DNA of 13,884 nt, taken from positions 1 through 13,884 of the forward strand of contig JANLWX010000022.1 in the NCBI GenBank assembly GCA_031364845.1. Direction: 5' to 3'. Shown in pieces: positions 5,915 to 13,884 of the stretch. Positions within the stretch are counted from its first letter, which is position 1, and each line of letters starts with the position of its first letter. The DNA comes from Candidatus Eiseniibacteriota bacterium (lineage in GTDB: Bacteria > Eisenbacteria > RBG-16-71-46). The notes below the pieces were generated by a model. It had not been told where the DNA came from. It made no database searches and was given only the letters and a program-made list of their open reading frames with translations. The translations under genes were made by a program, and so were the position numbers.

Positions 5915-6791
5915 GCCGCGCCGGGATCTCCGCATCGGGTCCTTCGGGGACCTCGGCATCACGCTCCGCGGACGAAGGCTCCGGAGTTTCGCCGGGCTTC
6001 GCATCGAGGCCCTTGGCCTCGCGCCATTCGCGTTCGAGCCACTCCAGGAACCACGTCACCTGCTGGGGATCGGTGAGCGCGTATTCCGCCCGCGACGCAA
6101 AGCGTCCGATCGCCACCGCGAAACCGTCGCGCTCACGCACGCGCGGATACACCGCCTCGTCATGGGCATCGTCGCCCATGTAGAACGACACCGCGGAGCG
6201 GTTCGCGTCGACCCACTCGGCGAAGGCGTGCGACTTGTCGCGATCGACCGCCGGCAGCACTTCGAACACCTTCTTGCCATGCAGAAGTCGCGCGTTCTGT
6301 TCCTCGCCCGCGAAGCGGCGGCGCAGACCCGAGCAGAACGCAGGCTGGAACCGTTCGCTCACCGCGCGATAGTGAACCGCGAACGCCGGACCCTTGTCCT
6401 CGAGCCACGCGCCTTCGAAGCGCGCGCACCACTCGTTCATCGACACGCGCACGCGCTCGGGCAGCGCCTGGTCCGCGGACACGTGCAGGCGCCGCTGGCC
6501 GTGGATGTCCAGCGTCTCGAGTCCCGCGCTTCCCGACAGGAACACACCGTCAAACGGCATCAACTCGCGCAGATCGTCGAGTTTGCGGCCCGAGAGAATT
6601 CCGACTTCGACACCCGGAAGTGCCGTGAGCCGTTCGAGCGCCACGCGCGTTCGCGGTGCGAGATCGGCCTGCGCGGGATGGATCACGATCTCGGTGAGCG
6701 TGCCGTCGAAGTCGAGTCCGACGTACAGCTGATTCGTCTCGCGCATGCGCGCGGCGATCGTCTCGAGGTGGAGCCACAGAGGTTTGAGCAT
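5904..6791 (-). CDS. otsB: Trehalose-6-phosphate phosphatase (HAD IIB family)
   Basis: HAD motifs LDFDGTL, ILSGR, DKS and MGDDAHDE, plus OtsB-typical LEDKG...VHYR and GKKVFEVLP. Start placed at ATG 6791 from a GGGAGA RBS about 10 nt upstream; 6800 is an alternative and the track start 6953 is unlikely. Confidence 0.9.
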   Translation of the reverse strand: MLKPLWLHLETIAARMRETNQLYVGLDFDGTLTEIVIHPAQADLAPRTRVALERLTALPGVEVGILSGRKLDDLRELMPFDGVFLSGSAGLETLDIHGQRRLHVSADQALPERVRVSMNEWCARFEGAWLEDKGPAFAVHYRAVSERFQPAFCSGLRRRFAGEEQNARLLHGKKVFEVLPAVDRDKSHAFAEWVDANRSAVSFYMGDDAHDEAVYPRVRERDGFAVAIGRFASRAEYALTDPQQVTWFLEWLEREWREAKGLDAKPGETPEPSSAERDAEVPEGPDAEIPARLSV

Positions 6792-6857
6792 GGGCCGCAT
6801 TCTCCCACGTCGGACCCTTCCGCGCACAGCCCGGGAAGGGGCGCATATGTTCAATGA

Positions 6858-6887
6858 TTGCAAGCTCCCGGCGGCGCGACGTATCCT
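6858..6887 (+). promoter_or_regulatory. Putative sigma70-type promoter for the otsA operon
   Basis: TTGCAA-N18-TATCCT in the AT-richer divergent spacer. It is consistent with an otsA start downstream at TTG 6953. Confidence 0.45.
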
Positions 6888-6952
6888 TCGCGTCCCTGTT
6901 TCATGGGCCCTGGACGATCCACGAACTGCCCGCCCACCCGCGAGGACCCGCA

Positions 6953-8554
6953 TTGGTATTGTCCGATCGAGTGCGTGAAGCGTTGTCCCGCGCGGCCGAC
7001 AAGTCTCGCGCGCGCGCCAGCGGTCCCAAGCGAACGACCCAGGAAGATCTGGTGGCGTGGGCGCGCGGGCACCTGAGCCATCGACCGATCGTGATCGTCT
7101 CGAATCGCGAACCGTGGTCGCACGTGCGCGACGGCGAGTCGATCCGCGCGGTGCGCAACGCGGGCGGCCTGACGGTGGCGCTCGACGCCGTGGCGCAGGC
7201 GCTGGGCGGAACCTGGGTCGCCAGCGGCAGCGGCGATGCCGATCGCGAAACGGTGGACGAGCGCAGCCGCGTCGGATGCCCGCCCGATCGGCCGAGCTAC
7301 CAGCTGCGGCGCATCTGGCTCACCGAGGAAGATCACGCGCTCTACTATTCCGGCGCCTCGAACGGCGCGCTGTGGCCGCTGTGTCACATCGCGTACGTGC
7401 GGCCGCAGTTCCGCCGCGAAGAGTGGGAGCGCTACCGCGACGTGAACCAGCGCTTCGCCGACGCGGTGCTGGAGGAGGTCGGCGACGAGCCCGCGATGGT
7501 GTTCCTTCAGGATTACCATCTGGCGCTCGCCGCGCGTTTTCTCAAGAAGCGCCGGCCCGATCTTCAGATCGCGACGTTCTGGCACATCCCGTGGCCCAAC
7601 GCCGAGGTGTTCCGCATCTGCCCGTGGCGCGACGAGCTGCTCGACGGCCTGCTCGCGAACGACTTCATCGGATTCCATATTCGCGGCCACGCGCTCAACT
7701 TCCTGCAATCCGTCGCTTCGACGCTCGAAGCGCGCGTCGACCTCGAGCAGCTGCTGGTCGATCGCGGCGGCAGCCGCACGTGGGTGCGCGCGTTTCCGAT
7801 CGGCGTGCCGGCAGACGAGATCGACGCGCTCGCCAATCATCCGGACACCGCGGCCACCGAACGCCGGTTGCGCCAGGAGATGAGCCTCGAGGGCATGAAG
7901 GTCGGCCTCGGCGTCGATCGCATGGACTACACCAAAGGTGTTCCCGAGCGCCTCGAAGCGCTCGAGTTGTTCTTCGTCGAGCATCCGGAGTGGGTCGGGC
8001 GTTTCGCGTTCATCCAGATCGCGGTGCCCTCGCGCATCGAGCTCGAGGAGTATCGCGCGGTCCAGCGTCGCACGCGCGAGATGGTCGATCAGATCAACCA
8101 GCGGTTTCCCGCGCCGCACGGGCACACGGTCCATCTGATCGAATCGACGCTCGATTTCCGCCAGCTGGTCCCGTTCTACCGCATGGCCGACCTGTGTGCC
8201 GTGACGTCGTTGCACGACGGCATGAACCTGGTCGCCAAGGAGTACGTCGCCGCCTCGACCGACGGCGACGGCGCGCTGATCCTCTCGCCGTTCACCGGTG
8301 CGGCGCGCGAATTCGAGCGTGCCTTCATCGCTTCGCCGTATGATCGCGAAGGCACCGCCGCCGCCTATCACGCGGCACTCACCGAATCCGACGAATCGCG
8401 GCGCGAGCGCATGGGAGCGCTCCGTGAGATCGTGCAGCGCCGCAACATCTACGACTGGGCGATCGAAGTGCTGGATTCGATCCAGCGCCTGACGCTGTCG
8501 ACCCCGGTCGAATCCGCGCCGGCGGAACCGGGCGATTCGAAGGAGGTCACGTGA
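6953..8554 (+). CDS. otsA: Trehalose-6-phosphate synthase (GT20 family)
   Basis: Motifs IVSNREP, AGGL, ALWPLCH, QDYHL, FWHIPWP, DFIGFH, AFPIG, GVDRMDYTKG, IAVPSR, SLHDGMNLVAKEYVA and LILSPFTGAA. The ORF is open from 6854; I prefer TTG 6953 because of the GAGGA RBS at 6942-6946 and the promoter position. Confidence 0.92.
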   Translation: MVLSDRVREALSRAADKSRARASGPKRTTQEDLVAWARGHLSHRPIVIVSNREPWSHVRDGESIRAVRNAGGLTVALDAVAQALGGTWVASGSGDADRETVDERSRVGCPPDRPSYQLRRIWLTEEDHALYYSGASNGALWPLCHIAYVRPQFRREEWERYRDVNQRFADAVLEEVGDEPAMVFLQDYHLALAARFLKKRRPDLQIATFWHIPWPNAEVFRICPWRDELLDGLLANDFIGFHIRGHALNFLQSVASTLEARVDLEQLLVDRGGSRTWVRAFPIGVPADEIDALANHPDTAATERRLRQEMSLEGMKVGLGVDRMDYTKGVPERLEALELFFVEHPEWVGRFAFIQIAVPSRIELEEYRAVQRRTREMVDQINQRFPAPHGHTVHLIESTLDFRQLVPFYRMADLCAVTSLHDGMNLVAKEYVAASTDGDGALILSPFTGAAREFERAFIASPYDREGTAAAYHAALTESDESRRERMGALREIVQRRNIYDWAIEVLDSIQRLTLSTPVESAPAEPGDSKEVT

Positions 8555-9249
8555 CGCTCGTCTTGCTTCAGATCACGTCGCTCGACGAGCTGGGCGCGCG
8601 CGTTTCGACGACGCTGTCGGGCGCGGGGCTGTGGGCGCTCGATGCGCTGATCGCGATCGCGATCGTGCTGCTCGGGTGGGCGATTGCGCGCGGTGTCGCG
8701 GTCGTGCTGCGTGCGGCACTGCGCACGTTCCGCTTCAACGACGGCATTCGCAGCCTGCTCGGCGACACGCCGCTGCGCTACGAGCCCGCCGCACTCGCGG
8801 CGTGGGTCACCCAGTGGACGCTGGTGATGCTGACCGTGATGCTCGCCGCCGACGTGCTGGGATTCGATCTTAGCCGCTCGGTCTCGGACCGCCTCGGCGA
8901 GCTGCTGCCGCGCGTCACGGCGGCGACCATCGTGCTGGTCGCGGGGATCGCGGTCGCGATGGCGCTCGGGTTCGCGACGCGCCGGTTGTTCGAAAGCGCC
9001 GGATTCAGCGGCGCGATCCTGCGCGGGCGCGTGGTGACGGGCACGCTCAGCGCGTTCGCAGTGCTGCTCGCGCTCGAACAGCTCGGCGTGGCCGCCCAGT
9101 TGATCGTCGCACTCGGCGTCACCGCGGTGGCAGCGGCGGGGCTCGGCCTGGCCCTCGCGTTCGGACTCGGCTGCCGCGATCTGGTGCGCGACTTCGTGGT
9201 CGAGATGCTGCGTTCGATCGACGACGACACGCCGCGCCAGCCGAAGTAG
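8551..9249 (+). CDS. MscS transmembrane-helix-repeat (CmpX-like) membrane protein lacking the cytoplasmic MscS domain
   Basis: AAGGAGG RBS; GTGA overlap with the otsA stop. Repeated units (AIAIVLLGWAIAR / LPRVTAATIVLVAGIAVA) and C-terminal LALEQLGVA...GLALAFGLGCRDLVRDF typical of MscS TM2-TM3. Confidence 0.75.
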   Translation: MTLVLLQITSLDELGARVSTTLSGAGLWALDALIAIAIVLLGWAIARGVAVVLRAALRTFRFNDGIRSLLGDTPLRYEPAALAAWVTQWTLVMLTVMLAADVLGFDLSRSVSDRLGELLPRVTAATIVLVAGIAVAMALGFATRRLFESAGFSGAILRGRVVTGTLSAFAVLLALEQLGVAAQLIVALGVTAVAAAGLGLALAFGLGCRDLVRDFVVEMLRSIDDDTPRQPK

Positions 9250-9258
9250 CCATCCTGA

Positions 9259-11466
9259 ATGAGCGCGCGACGCCCGCCACGTCCTGATCCGCGCCCGCGT
9301 GCCGGTGGCCGTGAGGATTCCGTGCGCGCCCGTCCCGGCGGCGGCTCCGGCTTTCATCTCGATGCCCCATCCGGCGTGCGCCCGCTGAGCGAACGCGCAT
9401 TCGCGATCGCCGCCGGAGTCGTTGGTGCTGCGTTCGCGGTCGTCGCGCTCTACTTCGTGTTCGGTCCGCACCAGCTCGGCGACTACATGACCGAGACCGA
9501 CTTCTACGGCGCCTACTCGCAGGGCGCGCGCATGGTGCAGAGCGGGCAGCTCGATCCGTCGCGCTATGGCGTGATCGGACCGGGCTACGAGATCGCGCTG
9601 GCGCTCGCGGGCTTCGTCGTGCGCGACCTGTTCCTCGCCGCGGAGCTGCTGTCGTTCGCCTCGTCGATCGCGGTGCTCGCGTTGTGGTTCGTGCTGCTGC
9701 GCCGCCGCGCGAACGCGATGACGGGGTTCTTCGCGGTGCTGTTCATCGCCGCCAACGCGCACTTCCTGCGTCACGCGTATTCGGCGGCGACCGACACGTT
9801 CGCAATCGCGCTCCAGGCGGGAGCGTTGTTCGCGCTGCTCGCGCCGCGCGGAGCGCGCGGGAGTGTGGACTCTTCAACGGCGACCGCGCCCAACTCCGAT
9901 GTGCCGGCGGCCGCGCCCGCGACGTCCGACCGCCGCTGGGCAGTCGCCGGCATCCTCACCGCGTTCGCGTTCCTCACGCGCTACAACGCGATCTCGCTCG
10001 TCCCCGCAAGCATCGTCGCGATCCTCGCGGGTGCCACCGCCGCTCCGCGCCCCCTGCGTGCCGCCGCGTTCTACCTCGGCGGATTCTTCCTCGTCGTCCT
10101 GCCGTGGGTGCTGTATTCGCTGTCGCACGGCGGATCGTTCGCATTCCAGCTCCACCACAACATCGCCTACGAAGTCTTCGCCAAGGCACGCGGCATCGCG
10201 TGGGACGACTATCAACGCACGATGCAGCCGCAATTCCACAACCTGTGGGACGTGATCGCGAAAGATCCCAAGGCCGTGTTCTCGCGCATGCTGTTCAACT
10301 CGTGGGACCACCTGCGCCTCGACGCGCAACTGTTGCTCACGGTGCCGCTCGCGATCGCGGCGTTCGCGGGCATCGTGATCGGCCGCGGCGATGGCGCGCT
10401 GCGGCGCCTGTGGCCGTTGTGGCTCACCGGGGCACTGCTGTTCCTCACGCTGGTACCGGTGTTCTATTCCGAACGCTATTCGCTGGCATTGCTGCCGATG
10501 TACGCGAGCCTCGCGGCACTCGCGTTCGCCTCGCCGCAGCTCGCGTTCGCGCTGGGTTCGGGACGCGTGTGGCTCAAGCCGCTGCTCGCGATCATCCCCG
10601 TCATCTCGCTGATCATGGCGTCGGTGAAAGTGCAGGCGCGCATGATCGACCAGCTTCCGGTCGAAGTTCTTACGGCCGCAAAGACGCTGCGCGAGTTGCG
10701 CCGGCCGGGTGATCGCGTGATCGCGCGCAAGAGCCACATCGCCTACCACGGCGGCGTCGAGCCGCTGGCGTTTCCGTTCGCCGACTCGCTCGAAACACTC
10801 GCGCGCTTCACGCACGAGCACAACGTGCGCTGGATCTATTTCTCGTGGCCCGAAGCCGAGACGCGTCCGGGGCTCTGGTACCTGCTCGACACGACTGCGG
10901 TCGTGCCCGGTCTCACGCCGCGCGTGGTGACTCAGCCGCATCCCGCCGTGCTGTATGAAGTGGGCAAGGACTTCGGCATCCGGCCCGAGTGGTTGAAGAA
11001 CGACACTTTGATGATCTATCACAAGCTGCGAGCCCAGCTGATGGTCGACGGCGGCAATCCGACCTATCTCTACAACTACGCCGTGATCGCGCGCAGCGTC
11101 GGCAAGCTCGACGATGCGCGCGGCGCGCTCGAGCGGCTGCTGACGCGCGTGCCGACCGACGCCGGAGCGCTCGCGCTGCTCGGCGACATCCTGCTGGTGC
11201 AGAACGATCCCGCGCGCGCCGGGCGCGTGTTCGAGCGCCTGATCGCGGTCGATCCGACGAATCCTCTCGGAGGCCTCGGGCGCGGATGGGCATTGCTGCT
11301 GCAAGGACGCGACGCGGATGCCGCGCGCGCGTGGCGCCCGCTGATCGGCGTTGCGACCGACTACGGCACGCTCGCGCGCATGGCGGAGCTGTACTCCACG
11401 CTCGGGGACCAGGCGTCCGAAGTCGCCGCGCGCCGCCGCATCATGCAACTCGGAGGTGGACAGTGA
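9259..11466 (+). CDS. Polytopic membrane glycosyltransferase-like protein (ArnT/PMT, GT-C fold) with C-terminal TPR repeats
   Basis: Acidic first loop (ETDFYGAY), then GPGY, ATDT, AFLTRYN and ERYSLALLP motifs with many TM segments. Tail has TPR-like helices (GKLDDARGALERLLTRVPTDAGALALLGDILL). Confidence 0.72.
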   Translation: MSARRPPRPDPRPRAGGREDSVRARPGGGSGFHLDAPSGVRPLSERAFAIAAGVVGAAFAVVALYFVFGPHQLGDYMTETDFYGAYSQGARMVQSGQLDPSRYGVIGPGYEIALALAGFVVRDLFLAAELLSFASSIAVLALWFVLLRRRANAMTGFFAVLFIAANAHFLRHAYSAATDTFAIALQAGALFALLAPRGARGSVDSSTATAPNSDVPAAAPATSDRRWAVAGILTAFAFLTRYNAISLVPASIVAILAGATAAPRPLRAAAFYLGGFFLVVLPWVLYSLSHGGSFAFQLHHNIAYEVFAKARGIAWDDYQRTMQPQFHNLWDVIAKDPKAVFSRMLFNSWDHLRLDAQLLLTVPLAIAAFAGIVIGRGDGALRRLWPLWLTGALLFLTLVPVFYSERYSLALLPMYASLAALAFASPQLAFALGSGRVWLKPLLAIIPVISLIMASVKVQARMIDQLPVEVLTAAKTLRELRRPGDRVIARKSHIAYHGGVEPLAFPFADSLETLARFTHEHNVRWIYFSWPEAETRPGLWYLLDTTAVVPGLTPRVVTQPHPAVLYEVGKDFGIRPEWLKNDTLMIYHKLRAQLMVDGGNPTYLYNYAVIARSVGKLDDARGALERLLTRVPTDAGALALLGDILLVQNDPARAGRVFERLIAVDPTNPLGGLGRGWALLLQGRDADAARAWRPLIGVATDYGTLARMAELYSTLGDQASEVAARRRIMQLGGGQ

Positions 11467-11474
11467 GATCGGGA

Positions 11475-12338
11475 ATGCACACGCGTCACGCGCACGTCGT
11501 TCTGCTCGCGATCGCCGCGTTCGCATGCGGCGCGTGTGCGCACAGCGGCGGGCCCGCGGACGTCACGTCGTCCCGGGCGCCGGCCGCGGATTCGATCACA
11601 CTCGCGCTCTATCATCTCGACGACCTCGGCGGCACCTCGTGCGACGACGCCGGCCCCTATCGACTGACCGGCACCGCGGGCACCGAGACGCGCTCGGACT
11701 TCGGCCGCTTCGGCAACGCGCGCGCGTTCACCAACTCGATGGAATCGTGGATCTACGTGCCGCCCTCGCGCGACATGAATTCGCGCCATCTCACGGTGGA
11801 GGCCTGGATCTCGCCCGAGCGCTTGAGCCTGTACGAGGACGTGACGATCGCGTGCCGCTGGTCGGAGATCACGAGTGAACAAAGCTGGCTGTTCGGGATC
11901 GTCGGGCTGCGCGGAGACGTGCGCCTGGAGCCGATCCAGTCGCCTCACCTTCACGAGCGCCTGGTCGCCGGCGGGTCACCGGGGCGGCTGATGTTCGCCT
12001 TCCAACCCGCGGAGCCGGTGCCGCCGGTGATCTTCTTCTCGACCACTGAGATCCCGCTGCAGCGCTGGACGCATGTCGCCGTGACACACGACGGATCGGT
12101 GGTGCGGTTCTTCATCAACGGCCGGCTCGACTCGCAGTTCGCGTCGCTCACTTCGATCCGCGCGGGCGACGCGCCGCTGCTGATCGGCAACTACTTCGAC
12201 ACGAGGCGGCTCAGCAACTTCAGCGGCGACCTGAAGCTCGGCGAGCAGGCGCCGCATGGGCCGGTGTATGCGTTTCAGGGAATGATCGACGAACTGCGTG
12301 TCTCGAGTCAGGCGCGGGCGTTCGACTCGGAGCCGTGA
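11475..12338 (+). CDS. Exported (possibly lipoprotein) LamG-like jellyroll / concanavalin A-like domain protein
   Basis: ATG 11475 follows the previous stop by 8 nt (track start 10989 is over-extended). Hydrophobic signal with Cys (LLAIAAFACGAC). LamG_3 motifs ALYHLDD, GRFGNA, LTVEAWI, WTHVAVTHDG..VRFFING, LLIG and FQGMIDELRVS. Confidence 0.82.
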   Translation: MHTRHAHVVLLAIAAFACGACAHSGGPADVTSSRAPAADSITLALYHLDDLGGTSCDDAGPYRLTGTAGTETRSDFGRFGNARAFTNSMESWIYVPPSRDMNSRHLTVEAWISPERLSLYEDVTIACRWSEITSEQSWLFGIVGLRGDVRLEPIQSPHLHERLVAGGSPGRLMFAFQPAEPVPPVIFFSTTEIPLQRWTHVAVTHDGSVVRFFINGRLDSQFASLTSIRAGDAPLLIGNYFDTRRLSNFSGDLKLGEQAPHGPVYAFQGMIDELRVSSQARAFDSEP

Positions 12339-12400
12339 ATCAGGACGGCGTCAGCTGAGTTTCTCTTCTATGAAGCAACCGGGCACATGGGTAACACTTT

Positions 12401-13630
12401 TTAGCCTCCATAGCGACGCCGGCGACGCTTGCGTAGAGCAGGATCAACGATGGGGTCGAGCATTCCGAACTGACGAGCATTTCGCTCGGCAGCCCGCCTA
12501 AGATCGATCACTCCGATCGGCACCCAAGCAAAGTGAACTCGCCAGCGACCGTCGTCGCATGGCTCGAGTCCAACTCTTTCACCCGCGAGGCAGCCGCTGA
12601 CGTACCACTGAGTGGTGCCGAACGAGATCACGCCGTTGGGATAGGCGATGCGGCTCTCGAAGTGGGCCGGGTACTCAGGCTCAGGAAGCCGACGAGGATA
12701 CGTTCGAAGCGAAGATCGGTAGAGCGAAGCGGGCACTACTTGTCCCAGAGCTTCATGCGGCCGCTGCTCGTTGTACTCGATCTGGAACCGATCGAACGCA
12801 CGCTGCTGAGCACTGAAGCTCGAACGTGGTGGCCTGGCGGTCTCGGCTTTCAAAGTCCGATGCATGCGCTCATGGCGCCCGTTCTGATCGGGCCGGCCCG
12901 GCATGATGCGTTCGGGACGGATCCCGAGTCGGATCCACCAGATCGATAGGCGCGAGAGTCCGCCCGGCGCGAGTGTCGAGAACGGCGGCCCGTTGTCTGT
13001 GCGGATCGCTCGCGGCAGTCCGTACTCGTTGAACGCCGACTCGAAGACGCGCCTGGCGTACTGCGACAACGGACGCCGGAGCCCGCGACAGCGAAGCAGG
13101 AAGCGACTGTACCCATCACTGATCGTCAGGGGATGACAGCGCTCGCCCCCCACACCGCCGACGGTGAAGCAGCCTTTGAAGTCGGCGCACCAGACGGCGT
13201 TCGGCGCGACGTACTCACGCAGTCGAGCTGCGTAAGGTGAACTACGCCGAACCCGCCGACGCGGGCGAACGAGTCCATGACGCTTCAGGATGTCGCCGAT
13301 TGTACTGGCCGCGGGGAGTTCGATGCGCGACCGCTGCCGCTTTAGCACTGCTCGGACCTTGCGAGGGCCCCAGCGTGGATGGCGACGACGGATCGCAATG
13401 ATCGATTGCACGATGTCTGCCGCGACCGCGTTGGGGTGAGCGTGTGGAGCCCGTGACATCTCTTCCAAGGCCGACACTCCTTCCGCCTCGTAGCGACGAA
13501 CCCACTTGTAGCCGGTCTTCCTGCTGATCCCGAAGTCCAGACACAGATCACTGAAGTTCGCCTCGTACTCCAGATACGCCGCGATGAACTTTACTCGTTC
13601 GGACATCCAGTCGGTCCTCGCCCATGGCAT
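12401..13630 (-). CDS. IS481-family DDE transposase (HTH plus integrase core)
   Basis: MPW start, HTH region GISRKTGYKWVRRY, HPRWGPRK, and DDE residues in WCADFKG, IRTDNGPPF and QNGRHERMHRTLK, followed by YNEQRPHEAL. Strong RBS GAAGGAGG. Confidence 0.95.
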   Translation of the reverse strand: MPWARTDWMSERVKFIAAYLEYEANFSDLCLDFGISRKTGYKWVRRYEAEGVSALEEMSRAPHAHPNAVAADIVQSIIAIRRRHPRWGPRKVRAVLKRQRSRIELPAASTIGDILKRHGLVRPRRRVRRSSPYAARLREYVAPNAVWCADFKGCFTVGGVGGERCHPLTISDGYSRFLLRCRGLRRPLSQYARRVFESAFNEYGLPRAIRTDNGPPFSTLAPGGLSRLSIWWIRLGIRPERIMPGRPDQNGRHERMHRTLKAETARPPRSSFSAQQRAFDRFQIEYNEQRPHEALGQVVPASLYRSSLRTYPRRLPEPEYPAHFESRIAYPNGVISFGTTQWYVSGCLAGERVGLEPCDDGRWRVHFAWVPIGVIDLRRAAERNARQFGMLDPIVDPALRKRRRRRYGG

Positions 13631-13669
13631 CGTGTGGTCCTCCTTCGACCACAGATGATGCGCGAGGGC

Positions 13670-13716
13670 TGTAACCCATGTCCCCGGTCTGATCTGTTAC
13701 CAGTGTGCCCGGTCTG
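13670..13716. repeat. Tandem 22-bp sub-terminal repeats of the IS (probable transposase-binding sites)
   Basis: TGTAACCCATGTCCCCGGTCTG (13670-13691) and TGTTACCAGTGTGCCCGGTCTG (13695-13716), 25-nt period. An inverted copy lies at 12378-12396. Confidence 0.85.
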
Positions 13717-13884
13717 AACCCTACTTTGCTCTTGACGCCGCAAAAGCTTCGATCGCCGATGTTCCGCGACAGGGCTGCTGAACGCCCCGCATTCTGCCGA
13801 CGATGCGCGATAGCCATATGACGGGACATCGACGGAAACGCTCTCATGTCGCACCGTGTTATGCGCTCCGCGCGCATTGCTGTG

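Larger units (their letters stand above)
12371..13720 (-). mobile_element. IS481-family insertion sequence (about 1350 bp)
   Basis: Transposase flanked by imperfect 26-bp inverted repeats: TGAAGCAACCGGGCACATGGGTAACA (12371-12396) and TGTTACCAGTGTGCCCGGTCTGAACC (13695-13720). An extra internal copy lies at 13670-13691. Confidence 0.85.

Noticed and set aside
9844..9936. Ala/Pro/Ser/Thr-rich stretch inside the glycosyltransferase-like gene
   Set aside because: It is an in-frame low-complexity loop between TM helices with no repeat, intein or mobile-element signature.
10989..11474. N-terminal extension of the LamG ORF overlapping the upstream gene
   Set aside because: The translation is Arg-rich noise overlapping the TPR-coding region. 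The signal peptide begins at ATG 11475.
9874..11526. 550-aa minus-strand ORF, and similar long ORFs 6851..8371 (-), 8449..9774 (-), 7057..8343 (+), 9684..10712 (+) and 776..1486 (-)
   Set aside because: Shadow frames of well-supported genes in high-GC DNA. They are Arg/Ala-rich or antisense-patterned with no recognisable motifs.
13670..13716. Direct repeats as a possible mini CRISPR array
   Set aside because: Only two units separated by 3 nt. They match the IS inverted repeat, and no cas genes are present.
13548..13884. ORFs 13548..13877 (-) and 13591..13854 (-), and the sequence right of the IS
   Set aside because: They cross the IS end and have no motifs. The remaining 164 bp shows no convincing coding frame or RNA gene.

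Overview
High-GC bacterial chromosomal window. The FlgD-Ig/T9SS-like tailed secreted protein suggests an FCB-related lineage such as Ca. Eisenbacteria (inference only). In order it contains: the 3' part of an sdhA/frdA-type flavoprotein gene and its Fe-S subunit gene, followed by a hairpin; a sigma54-type promoter preceding four small co-oriented ORFs, two missed by the ORF track; a secreted DNase I-like (EEP) protein with Ig-like and FlgD-Ig tail domains; a small 4-Cys protein divergent from a second sigma54-type promoter and a 49-aa membrane microprotein; divergent trehalose-6-phosphate phosphatase and synthase genes, the synthase heading an apparent operon with an MscS-TM/CmpX-like protein, an ArnT/PMT-like glycosyltransferase-TPR protein and a LamG-like exported protein; and an IS481-family element with an intact transposase ORF but imperfect ends. 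The most unusual signal is the small-ORF array at 1974-2903. Three of its peptides share a hydrophobic C-x19/20-C-x6-D[P/L]-stop core, the fourth has a partial match, and the ORFs alternate between having and lacking a signal peptide.
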